Part shown: positions 1-10,470 of the stretch, piece after piece
Numbering within the stretch: position 1 is the stretch's first letter
Layout: every line of letters begins with the position of its first letter
Assembly (NCBI GenBank): GCA_050943375.1
Contig: JBMNPB010000003.1
Coordinates: forward strand, 71,918-135,917
Length of the DNA stretch: 64,000 nucleotides
Direction: 5' to 3'
DNA from: a bacterium
GTDB taxonomy: Bacteria > Bacillota > SLNR01 > JBMNPB01
Notes under the pieces: generated by a model
Told to the model about the DNA's origin: nothing
Database searches by the model: none
Seen by the model: only the letters and a program-made list of their open reading frames with translations
Made by a program: the position numbers and the translations under genes

Positions 1-446
1 ATATTTAACGGTTCGTCAAAGGATACTTCGGAGCGCAGGCGGTTATTGCGGCGCAGATACATGAGTATCTCATTCTCAATGCAGCGCGAGGCGTAAGTTG
101 CCAGTTTGATTTTCTTCAGCGGGTCAAAAGTATTAACTGCCTTGATCAGCCCGATCGTCCCAATGGAAACCAGATCTTCGATGCCGATGCCGGTATTCTC
201 AAATTTGCGGGCGATGTAGACGACGAGGCGGAGATTCCGCTCGATCAGAACTGTCCGGACCGCCTTGTCCCCCGCCTGCAGCCGGTCAAGCAAAAACATT
301 TCCTCATCACTGGACAGCGGCGGCGGCAAAGCTTCGCTGCTGCCAACGTAAAATATTGGATGCCAGGCCTCCAGACCCAGCGCCTGGCAGATTTTGATCA
401 AGATGATTTGAGCCAGCAGTCTGGTTTTTTTCCATAGCAACAACAA
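1..446 (-). CDS. sigE: Sporulation sigma factor sigma-E (pro-sigma-E), N-terminal ~148 aa; the 3' end runs past the window start
   Basis: Minus-strand translation reads ...[96 protein letters not shown]. This is near-identical to the Bacillus SigE pro-sequence and region 2. It lies directly downstream of spoIIGA, as in the spoIIG operon. A TTG start near 446 is preceded by GGGAGG. Confidence 0.85.
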   Translation of the reverse strand, partial: MLLLWKKTRLLAQIILIKICQALGLEAWHPIFYVGSSEALPPPLSSDEEMFLLDRLQAGDKAVRTVLIERNLRLVVYIARKFENTGIGIEDLVSIGTIGLIKAVNTFDPLKKIKLATYASRCIENEILMYLRRNNRLRSEVSFDEPLN

Positions 447-552
447 GCGCAACGCCTCCCTCGCAGCCAAAAATAAAATGCGGATTATCATTCAAAACTT
501 AAACCTTTGGCCCGGGCCGGGGTTGCCGCCGAAGCGCTGTCCCGCCAGACGG

Positions 553-1539
553 CTACTCAAGCAGCGCCTCCGGTAAAATTGCGGGATTGAGCAAAGCGGT
601 GTAATTGCCCGACCCGGACAGTCGGCGGTTGTAAATGCAGACGATGACATCCCGGATGACGGCAGTCCGGCTGTGCTGCTCAACTTCCAGCCGGTCCGGC
701 CGGAAACCCAGCAGCATCCCTTTCATCCGTCCGATGGTGGAAAAGGGGATAACCCGGAAACGGTTCGACCATTCCGAAGCGGTAAGAATCCCGGCGACCC
801 AGTCCAGGTCTTCCTCGCGCCCAATCTCAAAAATTTTTCTGATCTCAGAGGGCAGGATATTGCGGACGGAATTGTACTCGATAACGGCGACGGGATGCCC
901 GGAAAGTGGGTCGGATAAATCATTGCCCGTGTCAAAAAGAGCACTCACCCGGGCCTCCTCATCCCCAAAACGGACCGTCAGCGGCACATAGAAGGCATCC
1001 TGCCAACGCGTCTTCCGGACGAAGCCCCAGGCATAACGGCCGATCAGAGTCAGGACCGCCAGGGCTGCGGCCATTGCCCACCACTGCACATCCAGGCTGA
1101 CGAGATGCGGCCCCCGCAGCCAGCCGGGGGCGCTGAGTCGGGTGAGCCAAAAAACCCCGAGGGCGGTGCCGGCCAGGATGGCTGAGCTCAGGTAAAGATA
1201 GCATATCAGACGACAAAATTGCATAATGTTAAAGGGATAATAAGCAGCGGCGAGCATTATCGCCGAAAAGATGATTTTTCCCGTCGGACCGGTCAGCCAT
1301 GCCGCACCCGGAATAAACAGCAGTCCGAGATAAACAGTGCCGGCCAAGGCGGCGAGAACAAGCCGGAGACGGCCGGTGCGGATCCCGGCAAACCGTCCGG
1401 CCGCCCAAAGCAGGATTAAGTTGACGGTGAAATTGACGCCGAAAACGATATCCCCGTATACGATATACCGCAACGCAACCTCCTCCCGAACCGGCAGCCA
1501 AAGGATTAAAACAGCGGCCCGACGCACCGCTGACTGCAC
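553..1539 (-). CDS. spoIIGA: Sporulation sigma-E processing peptidase SpoIIGA (membrane aspartic protease)
   Basis: 328-aa ORF with an N-terminal multi-TM region and a C-terminal ALFDTGNDLSDPLSGHPV aspartic-protease motif typical of SpoIIGA. Position immediately upstream of sigE matches the spoIIG operon. The exact start codon is uncertain. Confidence 0.7.
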   Translation of the reverse strand: MQSAVRRAAVLILWLPVREEVALRYIVYGDIVFGVNFTVNLILLWAAGRFAGIRTGRLRLVLAALAGTVYLGLLFIPGAAWLTGPTGKIIFSAIMLAAAYYPFNIMQFCRLICYLYLSSAILAGTALGVFWLTRLSAPGWLRGPHLVSLDVQWWAMAAALAVLTLIGRYAWGFVRKTRWQDAFYVPLTVRFGDEEARVSALFDTGNDLSDPLSGHPVAVIEYNSVRNILPSEIRKIFEIGREEDLDWVAGILTASEWSNRFRVIPFSTIGRMKGMLLGFRPDRLEVEQHSRTAVIRDVIVCIYNRRLSGSGNYTALLNPAILPEALLE

Positions 1540-1684
1540 TCCTAACTAAAGAATATGCCAGAGATGGGAAATCCATGAATATTATAACTGCTGCGGTCTG
1601 GTTTTTTTGTCATTCCGTGCCGACACCGCCAGCCCGTTTTCCGCCGGGCGGGCCCAGCAGCGGCGAAAATACGGCAAATATAGC

Positions 1685-1732
1685 AGATAAAAACGACTTT
1701 CGGGCGGCATCGCCTGAAAGTCGTTTTTATCT
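1685..1732. promoter_or_regulatory. Perfect 17 bp inverted repeat (agataaaaacgactttc ... gaaagtcgtttttatct) in the AT-rich ftsZ–spoIIGA spacer; candidate terminator or operator
   Basis: Read directly in the sequence: two exactly complementary 17-mers separated by a 14 nt loop, about 150 bp upstream of spoIIGA on the minus strand. Confidence 0.35.
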
Positions 1733-2151
1733 GCGGCGACAGGGAGATCTGCGGCTGCGCTCTTAATTTCCCGCTATTCTCCCCCGTGCTAACCTCTTCT
1801 CTTATCCTCCGGTTTTCGCACCTTATTAACGCTCAAATCCTCCCATCACTTCATCAGTGATGTCTTTTTCTACAGAACTGCCGCCGTCATATATTACATT
1901 AAAGAAATCTGGTCATACATTTTCATTCTCTCGTTAGGAATAAGGGTAATATTCCAATGTGTGCGATTATGGCTTTCGACCTATTTTTTCACCGCCAGCG
2001 GGATATTTCCGCCGCCGTGACAGCCCCGGGCTTGAATATCCCGAGCGCGGAACAGTCTTGCTTCCGGTGAGGTTCCGGATGCAAATTAATTTCGAAATGA
2101 GCCCGGCCTCTGCCAAAAAGAATCTGCATGTACGATCCCCGCTGCTAACAG

Positions 2152-2430
2152 CTAACTTCGACCTGACAGAGCAGGATTCAGCGTAACTACAGCCATAAAT
2201 TTATTCATTCCTTCTTCGGCCACAACCCGCTGCCAATTATTGTTGTCTCCTATGTCAGTTGTTTTCGCATTCCGGTATGATAAATAGACTGCACTGCCAG
2301 CTTCCTTAGTTTTTTGCTTCCAGTGGATCGTGAGGGACACAGATTCCGGAGTAGTCCGCTCACCATTGACACTATACCGAACTTCGGTCAAACATAATCC
2401 GCTGCCTTCAATCCTTTGCTGTAGCTGCAT
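2152..2430 (-). CDS. Hypothetical small protein (92 aa) in the AT-rich spacer; may be spurious
   Basis: ORF with no recognisable family and a weak RBS, sitting in a ~40% GC stretch unlike its surroundings. Confidence 0.2.
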   Translation of the reverse strand: MQLQQRIEGSGLCLTEVRYSVNGERTTPESVSLTIHWKQKTKEAGSAVYLSYRNAKTTDIGDNNNWQRVVAEEGMNKFMAVVTLNPALSGRS

Positions 2431-2759
2431 GAATAAGTCATTAATTCATCTCACGAACCCAATTTCAGAGTTAGCTATACTACTGGCCAGTTCCTACGAA
2501 TTCCGCTAAATTGTTAAAAGGTTTACACATTTAAAACCAGACCAAGGGCAATAAGTTAATAACTGTATTTTTTATCCATGGCTCAGCGCCTCATTTATTC
2601 TCTCCAGTTCAATTCAGATCCATTTTCTTTGCCTTAGAAGGCAGTTAATCACAGAGATGCTCACTGCCTTCAACTTATTCAGCCGGCAGATGCTTATGAG
2701 GCGATCTATGGATAAAGCAACAGCACCCCATTGAAGAGTGCTGTTTAGTGCCGGGTGAA

Positions 2760-3806
2760 TTAACGGCGCCGCAGGAAAGCCGGAATATCCAATTCATCGC
2801 TGGTAAACGGTTTAATGTTCAGATCGTCCGGTCCGCTGTCCTGACCCCGCAGCTGATGATCAAAGCCGGTGGCAATGACGGTGACCCGTACTTCGTCCTC
2901 CAGCTTCTCGTCAATTACTGCCCCGAAGATGATATTAGCGTCCGGATCCGAAGCCTGAGCAATAATTTCTGCCGCTTCGTTGACTTCAAACAGACCGAGA
3001 TTGGCACTGCCGGTGATATTGAGAAGGACGCCTTTCGCCCCTTCGATCGAAGTCTCCAGAAGCGGGCTCGAAATCGCCATCTTCGCCGCTTCGGACGCCC
3101 GGTTCTCGCCCGCGGCAGAACCGATGCCCATCAGGGCAGATCCGGTCCCGACCATAATCGTCTTGACATCGGCAAAATCGAGATTAATGAGTCCGGGCAC
3201 CGCAATCAGATCGGAGATACCCTGGACACCTTGCCGGAGCACATCATCCGCAACCCGGAAAGCCTCCATGATCGACGTCTTTTTATCAACTACCTGCAGA
3301 AGCCGATCATTGGGAATGGTAATGAGGGTGTCCACTTTGCTCCGCAGATTGGCGATACCTTTTTCCGCCTGCCCCATCCGCTTACGTCCTTCAAAGGAGA
3401 AAGGCTTCGTTACCACACCGACGGTGAGCGCCCCGAGTTCCTTTGCGACCTCAGCCACAATGGGAGTTGCCCCGGTACCGGTGCCGCCCCCCATCCCGGC
3501 GGTAATGAAAACCATATCGGCGCCTTTCAGCGCTTCCTGAATCTCGGAGCGGCTCTCCTCTGCCGCTTTTTGGCCAATCTCGGGATTCGCACCGGCACCG
3601 AGCCCTTTCGTCAGTTTGTCTCCGATCTGGATTTTATAGCCAGCATTGGATAAAAACAATGCTTGTCCATCCGTATTAATCGCAACAAATTCCACCCCGC
3701 GCAGACCGGCGGTAATCATCCGGTTCACCGCGTTATTGCCGCCACCGCCGACGCCGATTACTTTGATTTGCGCAAATTGTTCAGCGTCCAGGTCTAGCTC
3801 CAGCAT
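2760..3806 (-). CDS. ftsZ: Cell division GTPase FtsZ
   Basis: 348 aa carrying GGGTGTG (tubulin signature GGGTGSG-like), NTDGQAL and the C-terminal DIPAFLRRR tail typical of FtsZ. Confidence 0.95.
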   Translation of the reverse strand: MLELDLDAEQFAQIKVIGVGGGGNNAVNRMITAGLRGVEFVAINTDGQALFLSNAGYKIQIGDKLTKGLGAGANPEIGQKAAEESRSEIQEALKGADMVFITAGMGGGTGTGATPIVAEVAKELGALTVGVVTKPFSFEGRKRMGQAEKGIANLRSKVDTLITIPNDRLLQVVDKKTSIMEAFRVADDVLRQGVQGISDLIAVPGLINLDFADVKTIMVGTGSALMGIGSAAGENRASEAAKMAISSPLLETSIEGAKGVLLNITGSANLGLFEVNEAAEIIAQASDPDANIIFGAVIDEKLEDEVRVTVIATGFDHQLRGQDSGPDDLNIKPFTSDELDIPAFLRRR

Positions 3807-3949
3807 CTTATAGCCCCCTTCTCCGCTGCTTCAAAAGCAAAAAAATGTCTAATCAACATAACCATTATTCTTTGCTTAACTGAAAAATCCTGCCAAAACC
3901 CCACCGGCGCGGAAATAAATTCCCCCAAAGCAGTCAATCCAGCCGGCAG

Positions 3950-4303
3950 CTATTGCCGCTCGCCCCCAGGCTGATGCTGCCCCAGCAGAATCCGCCGAAT
4001 CAGCGCTGAGTTCTGGAACAGCCGCACTCCGAAAGCGAACAGAGCCGCCAAATAAAGCTCAACGCCCAGGCGGTCACCGATATAGGTGAGCACGGCCGCC
4101 AGAATGATGTTGCCGAAAAAACCGGTGACAAAAATCTTGGTGTTGAAATGCCCTTCCAGGCCGGCACGAAAACCGCCGAAAACGGAATCCATCGCCGCCA
4201 GCACCGCGACCGACATATATCTGGCATAAGACGGCGCCAGCGACAGCGGGAAAGCCAATCCGACCGCAATACCGATAATCAACCCCAAGAGCGGCAGCCA
4301 CAT
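3950..4303 (-). CDS. sbp: Small basic membrane protein Sbp (DUF1290 family)
   Basis: MWLPLLGLIIGIAVG...FAFGVRLFQNSALIRR resembles Bacillus Sbp/YlxX-type DUF1290 proteins found between divIB and ftsZ. Start taken at the internal Met (MWLPLLG). Confidence 0.65.
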   Translation of the reverse strand: MWLPLLGLIIGIAVGLAFPLSLAPSYARYMSVAVLAAMDSVFGGFRAGLEGHFNTKIFVTGFFGNIILAAVLTYIGDRLGVELYLAALFAFGVRLFQNSALIRRILLGQHQPGGERQ

Positions 4304-4399
4304 CGCCAAACAACCTCCCATTCCAAACAATCAATTCCATTCCCAAAATCAATTATACCATTCTTCCCGGCGGAATGATAATGTGATTTTCGCATCCGT

Positions 4400-5173
4400 T
4401 TATTTCGTCCGGACAATCGGTTTGTCCGGAAGCCGCAGATCAATATGGGATACGGCCGTCCCGGTCGCCGTGATGTCGGCCAGCAGCGGTTCCAGCAAAG
4501 CGAGACGGATGTCAATGTCGTCGGATGCCTGTCCCAGCATAATTTTCGTCCCGTCGACAGTATAAAATGTCAAATCACCAGCAGCGCCAATATTAATTTC
4601 CGCCAATTCTTCTTTCCATTTCCCCGCTTTCGTCTGCAGACAACGTAAAACGGGAACAATATGCTCAGATGCAAGCGCTTCGCCGATTCCGACTAAGCTG
4701 ATGTCCGCCCCGGTGATAATCGGCAGCCGTTTGCCGCTGATTGAGTCAGTCCTAGCCAGCACCGTACCGTTGCCGTCAATCTCCCAGAAGGTGTCTCCGC
4801 CCGGTAGCAGAGCGACAGCCGGGTGTTCCTCTATCGTCAGGCAGAGTGTGTCCGGCAGGAGCCGCTTGAATTTGACATCCTTGATTAGACGGTTCTGGCG
4901 CAGATTGCGCTCCAAACGGCGCAGATCGATTTGCCAGATATTTACCCCGCACTCGAGTCCGGTGCCAGTCGTGAGTTCTTCAGCGCTCAGCCGCTCATTG
5001 CCCTCGATTACGATTTCCCGCAGACAAAAATAGTCCGAGCGGAGGCATATAAACCCTGTTATGGCAAATACTGCCAACAAGAGTGCCGATAAAAAAAGCG
5101 GCGGCCGAGCCGAGGCCGTGTCCCGCCCCTGCCACAGCGAATTTGCTGTCTTACCGCTGATCAAGTTGCTCAT
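4400..5173 (-). CDS. divIB: Cell division protein DivIB/FtsQ
   Basis: N-terminal TM segment followed by a POTRA-like and FtsQ-type extracellular domain. Start set at MSNLISGK (ATG at 5173), preceded by TAGGAGAGGGAGG. Position between murA and ftsZ supports the call. Confidence 0.75.
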   Translation of the reverse strand: MSNLISGKTANSLWQGRDTASARPPLFLSALLLAVFAITGFICLRSDYFCLREIVIEGNERLSAEELTTGTGLECGVNIWQIDLRRLERNLRQNRLIKDVKFKRLLPDTLCLTIEEHPAVALLPGGDTFWEIDGNGTVLARTDSISGKRLPIITGADISLVGIGEALASEHIVPVLRCLQTKAGKWKEELAEINIGAAGDLTFYTVDGTKIMLGQASDDIDIRLALLEPLLADITATGTAVSHIDLRLPDKPIVRTK

Positions 5174-5225
5174 CCTCCCTCTCCTAAGGAAAGAAATTTC
5201 ACTCGCCGGTTGGTGCGGCCGGCGG

Positions 5226-6491
5226 TCAGACCCGTTCAATGGCAGCCCCCAAGGCCTGAAGCTTGGTTTCAAATCGGTTGTAGCCCCGATCAATATGATA
5301 AATGTTTTCAATCCGGCTGGTCCCTTCAGCAGCCAGCGCTGCCAATACCAAAGCCGCGCCGGCTCTCAAATCAGTCGTCTCCACAACGGCGCCGGTAAGC
5401 CGGTTTACGCCCCGGATGATGGCGCTGCGCCCCTGAATCCGGATATCGGCCCCCATCCGCCGCAACTCGTCCGCCTGTTTGAACCGGTTTTCAAAAATAT
5501 TCTCCGTGATGACGCTAATACCGTCGCATAATGTCATCAGGGCCATTGACTGGGCCTGCATGTCAGTAGGGAAGCCGGGATAAGGCATTGTTTTAAAATC
5601 CACTGCTTTAATCGGTCGGCCGCCGATTACCCTGACCCGATCCTTCTCTTCCCGAATCTCCACCCCGATTTCCCGCAGCTTGGCCATCACAGCCTCCACA
5701 TGCTCCGGTATGATATTTTCCAGGGTAATGTCGCCGCTGGTGATAGCCGCAGCGATCATAAACGTGCCCGTTTCAATCCGATCGGGAATAATGCTGTGCT
5801 CCACGGCGTGGAGGGAATTTCCCCCTTCGATGCGGACAACATCGGTGCCGGAACCCCGCACCGTCGCCCCCATGCTGTTCAGGTAATTCTGCAGGTCAGT
5901 AATTTCCGGCTCTTTGGCGGCGTTATGGATTACCGTGACCCCTTCCGCCAGAACTGCAGCCATCATCAGATTCTCGGTGGCTCCGACACTGGGAAAATCA
6001 AGGTGAATATCGGCGCCGCGCAGCTTTTGCGCCTCCGCGTCAATATAACCATGCGCCTCCGTGAAACGGACTCCCATGGCCCGCAGACCTTTCAGATGCA
6101 GGTCAATCGGCCGGGGACCGATGGAGCATCCGCCCGGGAACGATACCCGGGCCCGGTGAAAGCGGCCCAGCAAAGCCCCCATTAATACAATTGAGGAACG
6201 CATTTCCCGCATCAAATCCTCCGGCACGACAAAGGAATTAACCTTGCTCGTGTCCACGTGCAGCAAGTTGACGCCGGTCGCCGGATCCGTCTCCAGTTCT
6301 GTCGTCGCCCCCAAATCCCTTAAGATTGCGGTCATGATGTTAACATCCCGCAAAACCGGCACGTCAATAAGCCGGCTTTCGCCGCAGTTGAGAAGTACGG
6401 CTGCCAATATCGGCAGGATGGCGTTTTTCGCGCCGCCAATCCTGACCGAGCCATGCAGAGGTACGCCCCCGCGGATGATATACTTATCCAA
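5226..6491 (-). CDS. murA: UDP-N-acetylglucosamine 1-carboxyvinyltransferase MurA
   Basis: 421 aa starting MDKYIIRGGVPLHGSVRIGGAKNAILP, matching the MurA N-terminus; full length agrees. Confidence 0.9.
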   Translation of the reverse strand: MDKYIIRGGVPLHGSVRIGGAKNAILPILAAVLLNCGESRLIDVPVLRDVNIMTAILRDLGATTELETDPATGVNLLHVDTSKVNSFVVPEDLMREMRSSIVLMGALLGRFHRARVSFPGGCSIGPRPIDLHLKGLRAMGVRFTEAHGYIDAEAQKLRGADIHLDFPSVGATENLMMAAVLAEGVTVIHNAAKEPEITDLQNYLNSMGATVRGSGTDVVRIEGGNSLHAVEHSIIPDRIETGTFMIAAAITSGDITLENIIPEHVEAVMAKLREIGVEIREEKDRVRVIGGRPIKAVDFKTMPYPGFPTDMQAQSMALMTLCDGISVITENIFENRFKQADELRRMGADIRIQGRSAIIRGVNRLTGAVVETTDLRAGAALVLAALAAEGTSRIENIYHIDRGYNRFETKLQALGAAIERV

Positions 6492-6556
6492 GTTCCAACA
6501 CCTCCGGTGCTCCCAATCACCCTTTTATCCACTCTAAGTCTGCAGCCGCCATTTTT

Positions 6557-7945
6557 CTATTCCGCGGCGGTTGCCCGCCGTAAAGCAGCGACAAGTCCCT
6601 CGCCGACTGTCCAAATATTCCCGGCGCCCAGCGTCAGGACCAAATCACCCGGCCGCACTGTCTCCACAAGATAAGGGACAATTGTCTCCAAGCGGGGCAG
6701 AAAGACGAGGTTGTTCTGTCCTGCCGCCCGGACCGCGTCAACGATATTTCCGGCGTCGACCCCCTCGATGGGTGCTTCGCCGGCACTGTAGATGTCAGTG
6801 AGGACGAGCAAATCCGCCGCCCCGAACGCGGCGCCGAACTCGTCACAGAGGAACTTGGTCCGGGTGTAACGGTGGGGCTGGAAAACAGCGATAACCCGTT
6901 TCGCCCCTACCTTCCCTGCCGCATTCAATGTCGCCTTAATCTCAGTCGGATGGTGGGCGTAGTCGTCGAACACCCTAACATCACCCACTTCTCCCGTCAT
7001 TTGAAAACGCCGGTGCACGCCGCGGAAAGAAGCGAGGGCGCCGCGAATTGCTTCGACCGAAAGGCCGGCCAGACGGCCGGCCGCGACGGCCGCCAAAGCA
7101 TTCTTAATATTATGCAGACCGGGAACATTCAACTCCAGCCGGCCGAGGAATTTCCCCCGATAAAAAACGTCAAAGGAAGAACCGAGGGGACGCCATTCAA
7201 TATTACGAACGGAATAATCCGCCGGCACTTCCAGGCCGTATGTAAAATAAGTCCTGGCGAGGGTTCCGGCAATCCGCCGGACATTGGGATCGTCCAGGCA
7301 AAGAATTGCCGTTCCGTCGGCTGGAATACCGGTAATGAACTGCTCAAAAGCCTCAACAATCTTCTCGACGCTGCCGTAATGATCGAGATGATCGTTTTCA
7401 ATGTTCGTAACCACGACAATCTGCGGTGCAAGTATGAGGAAGGAGCCGTCACTCTCGTCCGCTTCCGCCACCAGAAATTCGCCTTTCCCCAGTTTAGCGT
7501 TCCCGCCGATATCGTTCAGTTCTCCGCCGATAATAACGGTCGGATCGAGGCCGTTTTTCTCCAGCAGCAGGGAAATCATCGATGTCGTCGTCGTTTTCCC
7601 GTGCGACCCGGCCACGGCAATTCCCCGCTGCCGCGTCATTATGGCCGCCAACATCTCCGCCCGGTGCAGCAGACGGATACCGGCGGCATTGGCCGCCTGC
7701 ACTTCGGCGTTAGCCATCTGTACGGCGGAGGAAACCACGACCGTGTCAGCCCCGGTGATGTTCTCGGCCTGATGTCCGGCGAAAATCCGGATTCCCATGT
7801 CCTGCAGACGGCGGGTCACATCGGTGGAATTCAGGTCGGAACCGGAGACCACATAGCCGAGTTCGTGCATTACTTTGGCTATTCCGCTCATTCCCGTGCC
7901 GCCGATACCCACAAAATGAACATGGCGCATTCCTTCCAGCATCAT
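6557..7945 (-). CDS. murC: UDP-N-acetylmuramate–L-alanine ligase MurC
   Basis: HFVGIGGTGMSGIAKVMHELGYVVSGSD N-terminus, GSHGKTTTTSM P-loop and EADESDGSF motif of the Mur ligase family, MurC type. Confidence 0.9.
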   Translation of the reverse strand: MMLEGMRHVHFVGIGGTGMSGIAKVMHELGYVVSGSDLNSTDVTRRLQDMGIRIFAGHQAENITGADTVVVSSAVQMANAEVQAANAAGIRLLHRAEMLAAIMTRQRGIAVAGSHGKTTTTSMISLLLEKNGLDPTVIIGGELNDIGGNAKLGKGEFLVAEADESDGSFLILAPQIVVVTNIENDHLDHYGSVEKIVEAFEQFITGIPADGTAILCLDDPNVRRIAGTLARTYFTYGLEVPADYSVRNIEWRPLGSSFDVFYRGKFLGRLELNVPGLHNIKNALAAVAAGRLAGLSVEAIRGALASFRGVHRRFQMTGEVGDVRVFDDYAHHPTEIKATLNAAGKVGAKRVIAVFQPHRYTRTKFLCDEFGAAFGAADLLVLTDIYSAGEAPIEGVDAGNIVDAVRAAGQNNLVFLPRLETIVPYLVETVRPGDLVLTLGAGNIWTVGEGLVAALRRATAAE

Positions 7946-8168
7946 CTTTCATCTCCTTCCGAGTTCGCGACTAAACAAAAGACCTTACCAAAATGTGATG
8001 CGAAATTGCGGTTGTTCACACCAACATTCTATGCACGTCGGCAAAAAGGTGTGACAATCACGGCTTTGTCCCGACGGTCGACCGGGACTTTCCTTAGCGG
8101 CACCAGATTTGTCCGGTCCCCAAGCTCTTCCCGCCCGCCGAGGCGGCTTGTCCGCCCGAACCGCCTGA

Positions 8169-9293
8169 TTATTGCCCGCCCAAAGACTTTGGCAGTGACA
8201 AGGCCAGCTCGGCAATCTCATCGACGGCCTTTGGATGACCGAGACTGCGACATTTTTCACCCATCGCCGACAATTCCCCGGGGTCGGACAGAAGACGGTC
8301 AAGGATATCCGTCAGCCCAGCCCCGCTTAAAGCATCGTCCGAGAGCAGCACGGCCGCTCCCGCCTGCTCCAGGTGGCGAGCATTGTGATATTGATGATTG
8401 TTCGTGGCAAAAGGATATGGTATCAGGACGGCCGGCAAACCGACGGCGGTCACCTCCGAAAGAGTAATACCACCTGCCCGACAGACAATCAGGTCGGCCG
8501 CAGCGTATGCATCGGCCACGTTATAAAGATATGGTTTAAGGATAATATTCCCGGCGGACTGGATATCTATGCCAATTTCCCGCAGTCGGGCGAGCGATCC
8601 CTCATATTTGTCTTTACCGGTGACATGAATAAAGGTGATATCCCGGCGCTTCCGAAACGACCGGTAAACGTCCGTCATCGCCTCGTTCAGCTTCTTGGCT
8701 CCGACGCTCCCGCCGACCACGAACACGACCCGCTGCGCCGGGTCGATACCCAGATTCCGGCGCCCCGCCGCCCGACTGACTAGGGTGATCTCCCGGCGGA
8801 TAGGATTCCCGGTGACAACTACTCTGGTCCGCGCCGGGAAATATCGCCGGGAAGCCTCGTAAGTAACGCAGACAATGTCGGCAAACCGGCCGAGAAGGCG
8901 GTTGGTGACGCCCGGAATTACATTCTGCTCGCAAATCAATGTCGGAATCCCGAATAGATGCGCGAAGAGGACGACCGGCCCGCAAACGTAACCGCCCGTG
9001 CCGATAACCACATCGGGCCGGAAGCGCCGCAGGAGCGCCGCCGCCTGCCATCCGCCGACCATCATAGCCCCTAAGGCTTTGAACGCCTTTAGGGAGAAAC
9101 GTCGCTCCACCCCGCTGACAACGATGGTTGCGAGACGGTAGCCGGCTTTGGGTACCAAATCGGCTTCCAGGCCGCTTTTGGTACCAACGAAGAGTATTTC
9201 GGGATTGTCCATTTTAGCCCGTAGCTCGTCTGCCGTCGCTATCGCCGGGTAAACGTGGCCGCCAGTGCCGCCGCCCGTGATAATAATTCGCAT
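8169..9293 (-). CDS. murG: Undecaprenyldiphospho-muramoylpentapeptide beta-N-acetylglucosaminyltransferase MurG
   Basis: MRIIITGGGTGGHVYPAIA N-terminus typical of MurG. ORF trimmed to the internal Met at 9293, which is preceded by AAGGATGTGG. Confidence 0.9.
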   Translation of the reverse strand: MRIIITGGGTGGHVYPAIATADELRAKMDNPEILFVGTKSGLEADLVPKAGYRLATIVVSGVERRFSLKAFKALGAMMVGGWQAAALLRRFRPDVVIGTGGYVCGPVVLFAHLFGIPTLICEQNVIPGVTNRLLGRFADIVCVTYEASRRYFPARTRVVVTGNPIRREITLVSRAAGRRNLGIDPAQRVVFVVGGSVGAKKLNEAMTDVYRSFRKRRDITFIHVTGKDKYEGSLARLREIGIDIQSAGNIILKPYLYNVADAYAAADLIVCRAGGITLSEVTAVGLPAVLIPYPFATNNHQYHNARHLEQAGAAVLLSDDALSGAGLTDILDRLLSDPGELSAMGEKCRSLGHPKAVDEIAELALSLPKSLGGQ

Positions 9294-9324
9294 ATTTCCA
9301 CATCCTTTTCGGCTCTGCGAGCGG

Positions 9325-10428
9325 CTAATATTTGGTATATTTGGAGATATTGAGCAATATTCCCACGCCGGAGAGAATCGGAATGAGTGACGAACCGCCA
9401 AAGCTGATAAACGGCAACGGAATTCCGGTAATCGGCATTGAACCGGTGACTACCCCGATGTTGATTATCGCCTGTAGAGTGATCATTGTGGTAATCCCCA
9501 CGGCGAGCATGCTCCCAAAGGTATCGGGGGCGGTAATGGCGATTTTGTATCCGCGCCAGGCGAAGAAGAAAAAGAGAGCCAAAACGAAAACCGTACCAAT
9601 AAAGCCCAGTTCCTCGCCCAGAATGGCAAAGATAAAATCGGTGTGCCGCTCCGGGAGATAAAACAGTTTCTGCCGGCTTTGCCCAAGGCCGAGCCCAAAG
9701 AGCCCGCCTGAGCCGAGCGCGTAAAGAGACTGGATAATGTGGAAGCCGTCCCCGAGCGGGTCGGCCCAGGGATTCAGGAAAGCAAGAAAGCGGCTGCGCC
9801 GATATTCTTCCGACCAGATCGCGTACCCGAGAACGGGAACGGCAAGAAGGACGAGAGTGAGCAAGTGGGTGAAGCGAAATCCGGCAACAAACCACATGAT
9901 GAACACCGTCCCGCCAATGGCCACCGCCGTGCCCAAATCAGGCTCCAGCAGGACGAGTCCGCAAATAAGCCCGACGATAGCTATGTGCGGCAGGACCCCC
10001 GCCTTCAGGTTCCCCAACTGCGGCTGCTTTTGAGTCAGGCTGTACGCCATGTAAATGACCACCGCCACCTTGGCAAACTCGGAAGGCTGGACGCGGCTGA
10101 CACCGAAATCCAGCCAGCGTCTGGCCCCGTGGACCACTTGGCCAATGCCGGGAATGAGTACGAGGATGAGGAGCAGAACAATGCCGGCCAGAATCGGCCT
10201 GGCAAAATATTCGTATCGCCAATAGTTGATTTTAGAGACAATAAGCATCATCACCAAACCGATGCCGGCCCACATCGCCTGCCGGCGCAGATAGTAAAAG
10301 CTGGTGCCGTAATCGGCGTAAGACACGACGGCACTGGAGCTGTAGACCATGACAATTCCGATACTGAGCAAAGTCAGTACCGTCAGAAGCAGCAGTGAAT
10401 CGGGCGGTTTGCTTTTTATTCTCGGCAC
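9325..10428 (-). CDS. ftsW: SEDS family peptidoglycan glycosyltransferase FtsW/SpoVE
   Basis: 367 aa, polytopic, with the conserved FtsW/RodA/SpoVE C-terminal region (GSMPITGIPLPFISFGGSSL). Confidence 0.85.
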   Translation of the reverse strand: MPRIKSKPPDSLLLLTVLTLLSIGIVMVYSSSAVVSYADYGTSFYYLRRQAMWAGIGLVMMLIVSKINYWRYEYFARPILAGIVLLLILVLIPGIGQVVHGARRWLDFGVSRVQPSEFAKVAVVIYMAYSLTQKQPQLGNLKAGVLPHIAIVGLICGLVLLEPDLGTAVAIGGTVFIMWFVAGFRFTHLLTLVLLAVPVLGYAIWSEEYRRSRFLAFLNPWADPLGDGFHIIQSLYALGSGGLFGLGLGQSRQKLFYLPERHTDFIFAILGEELGFIGTVFVLALFFFFAWRGYKIAITAPDTFGSMLAVGITTMITLQAIINIGVVTGSMPITGIPLPFISFGGSSLIPILSGVGILLNISKYTKY

Positions 10429-10470
10429 GAACTTCCCTCCCGTTCTCCCGCAGTCAGATGTTATCCGGCC

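Noticed and set aside
2748-3653. 301-aa plus-strand ORF
   Set aside because: Antisense to ftsZ; same artefact reasoning.
6872-8467. 531-aa plus-strand ORF
   Set aside because: It is antisense to murC and murG, Arg/Pro/Gly-rich and low-complexity, with no family resemblance. Long open frames of this kind on the non-coding strand are expected in high-GC DNA. The murC and murG frames have unmistakable homology.
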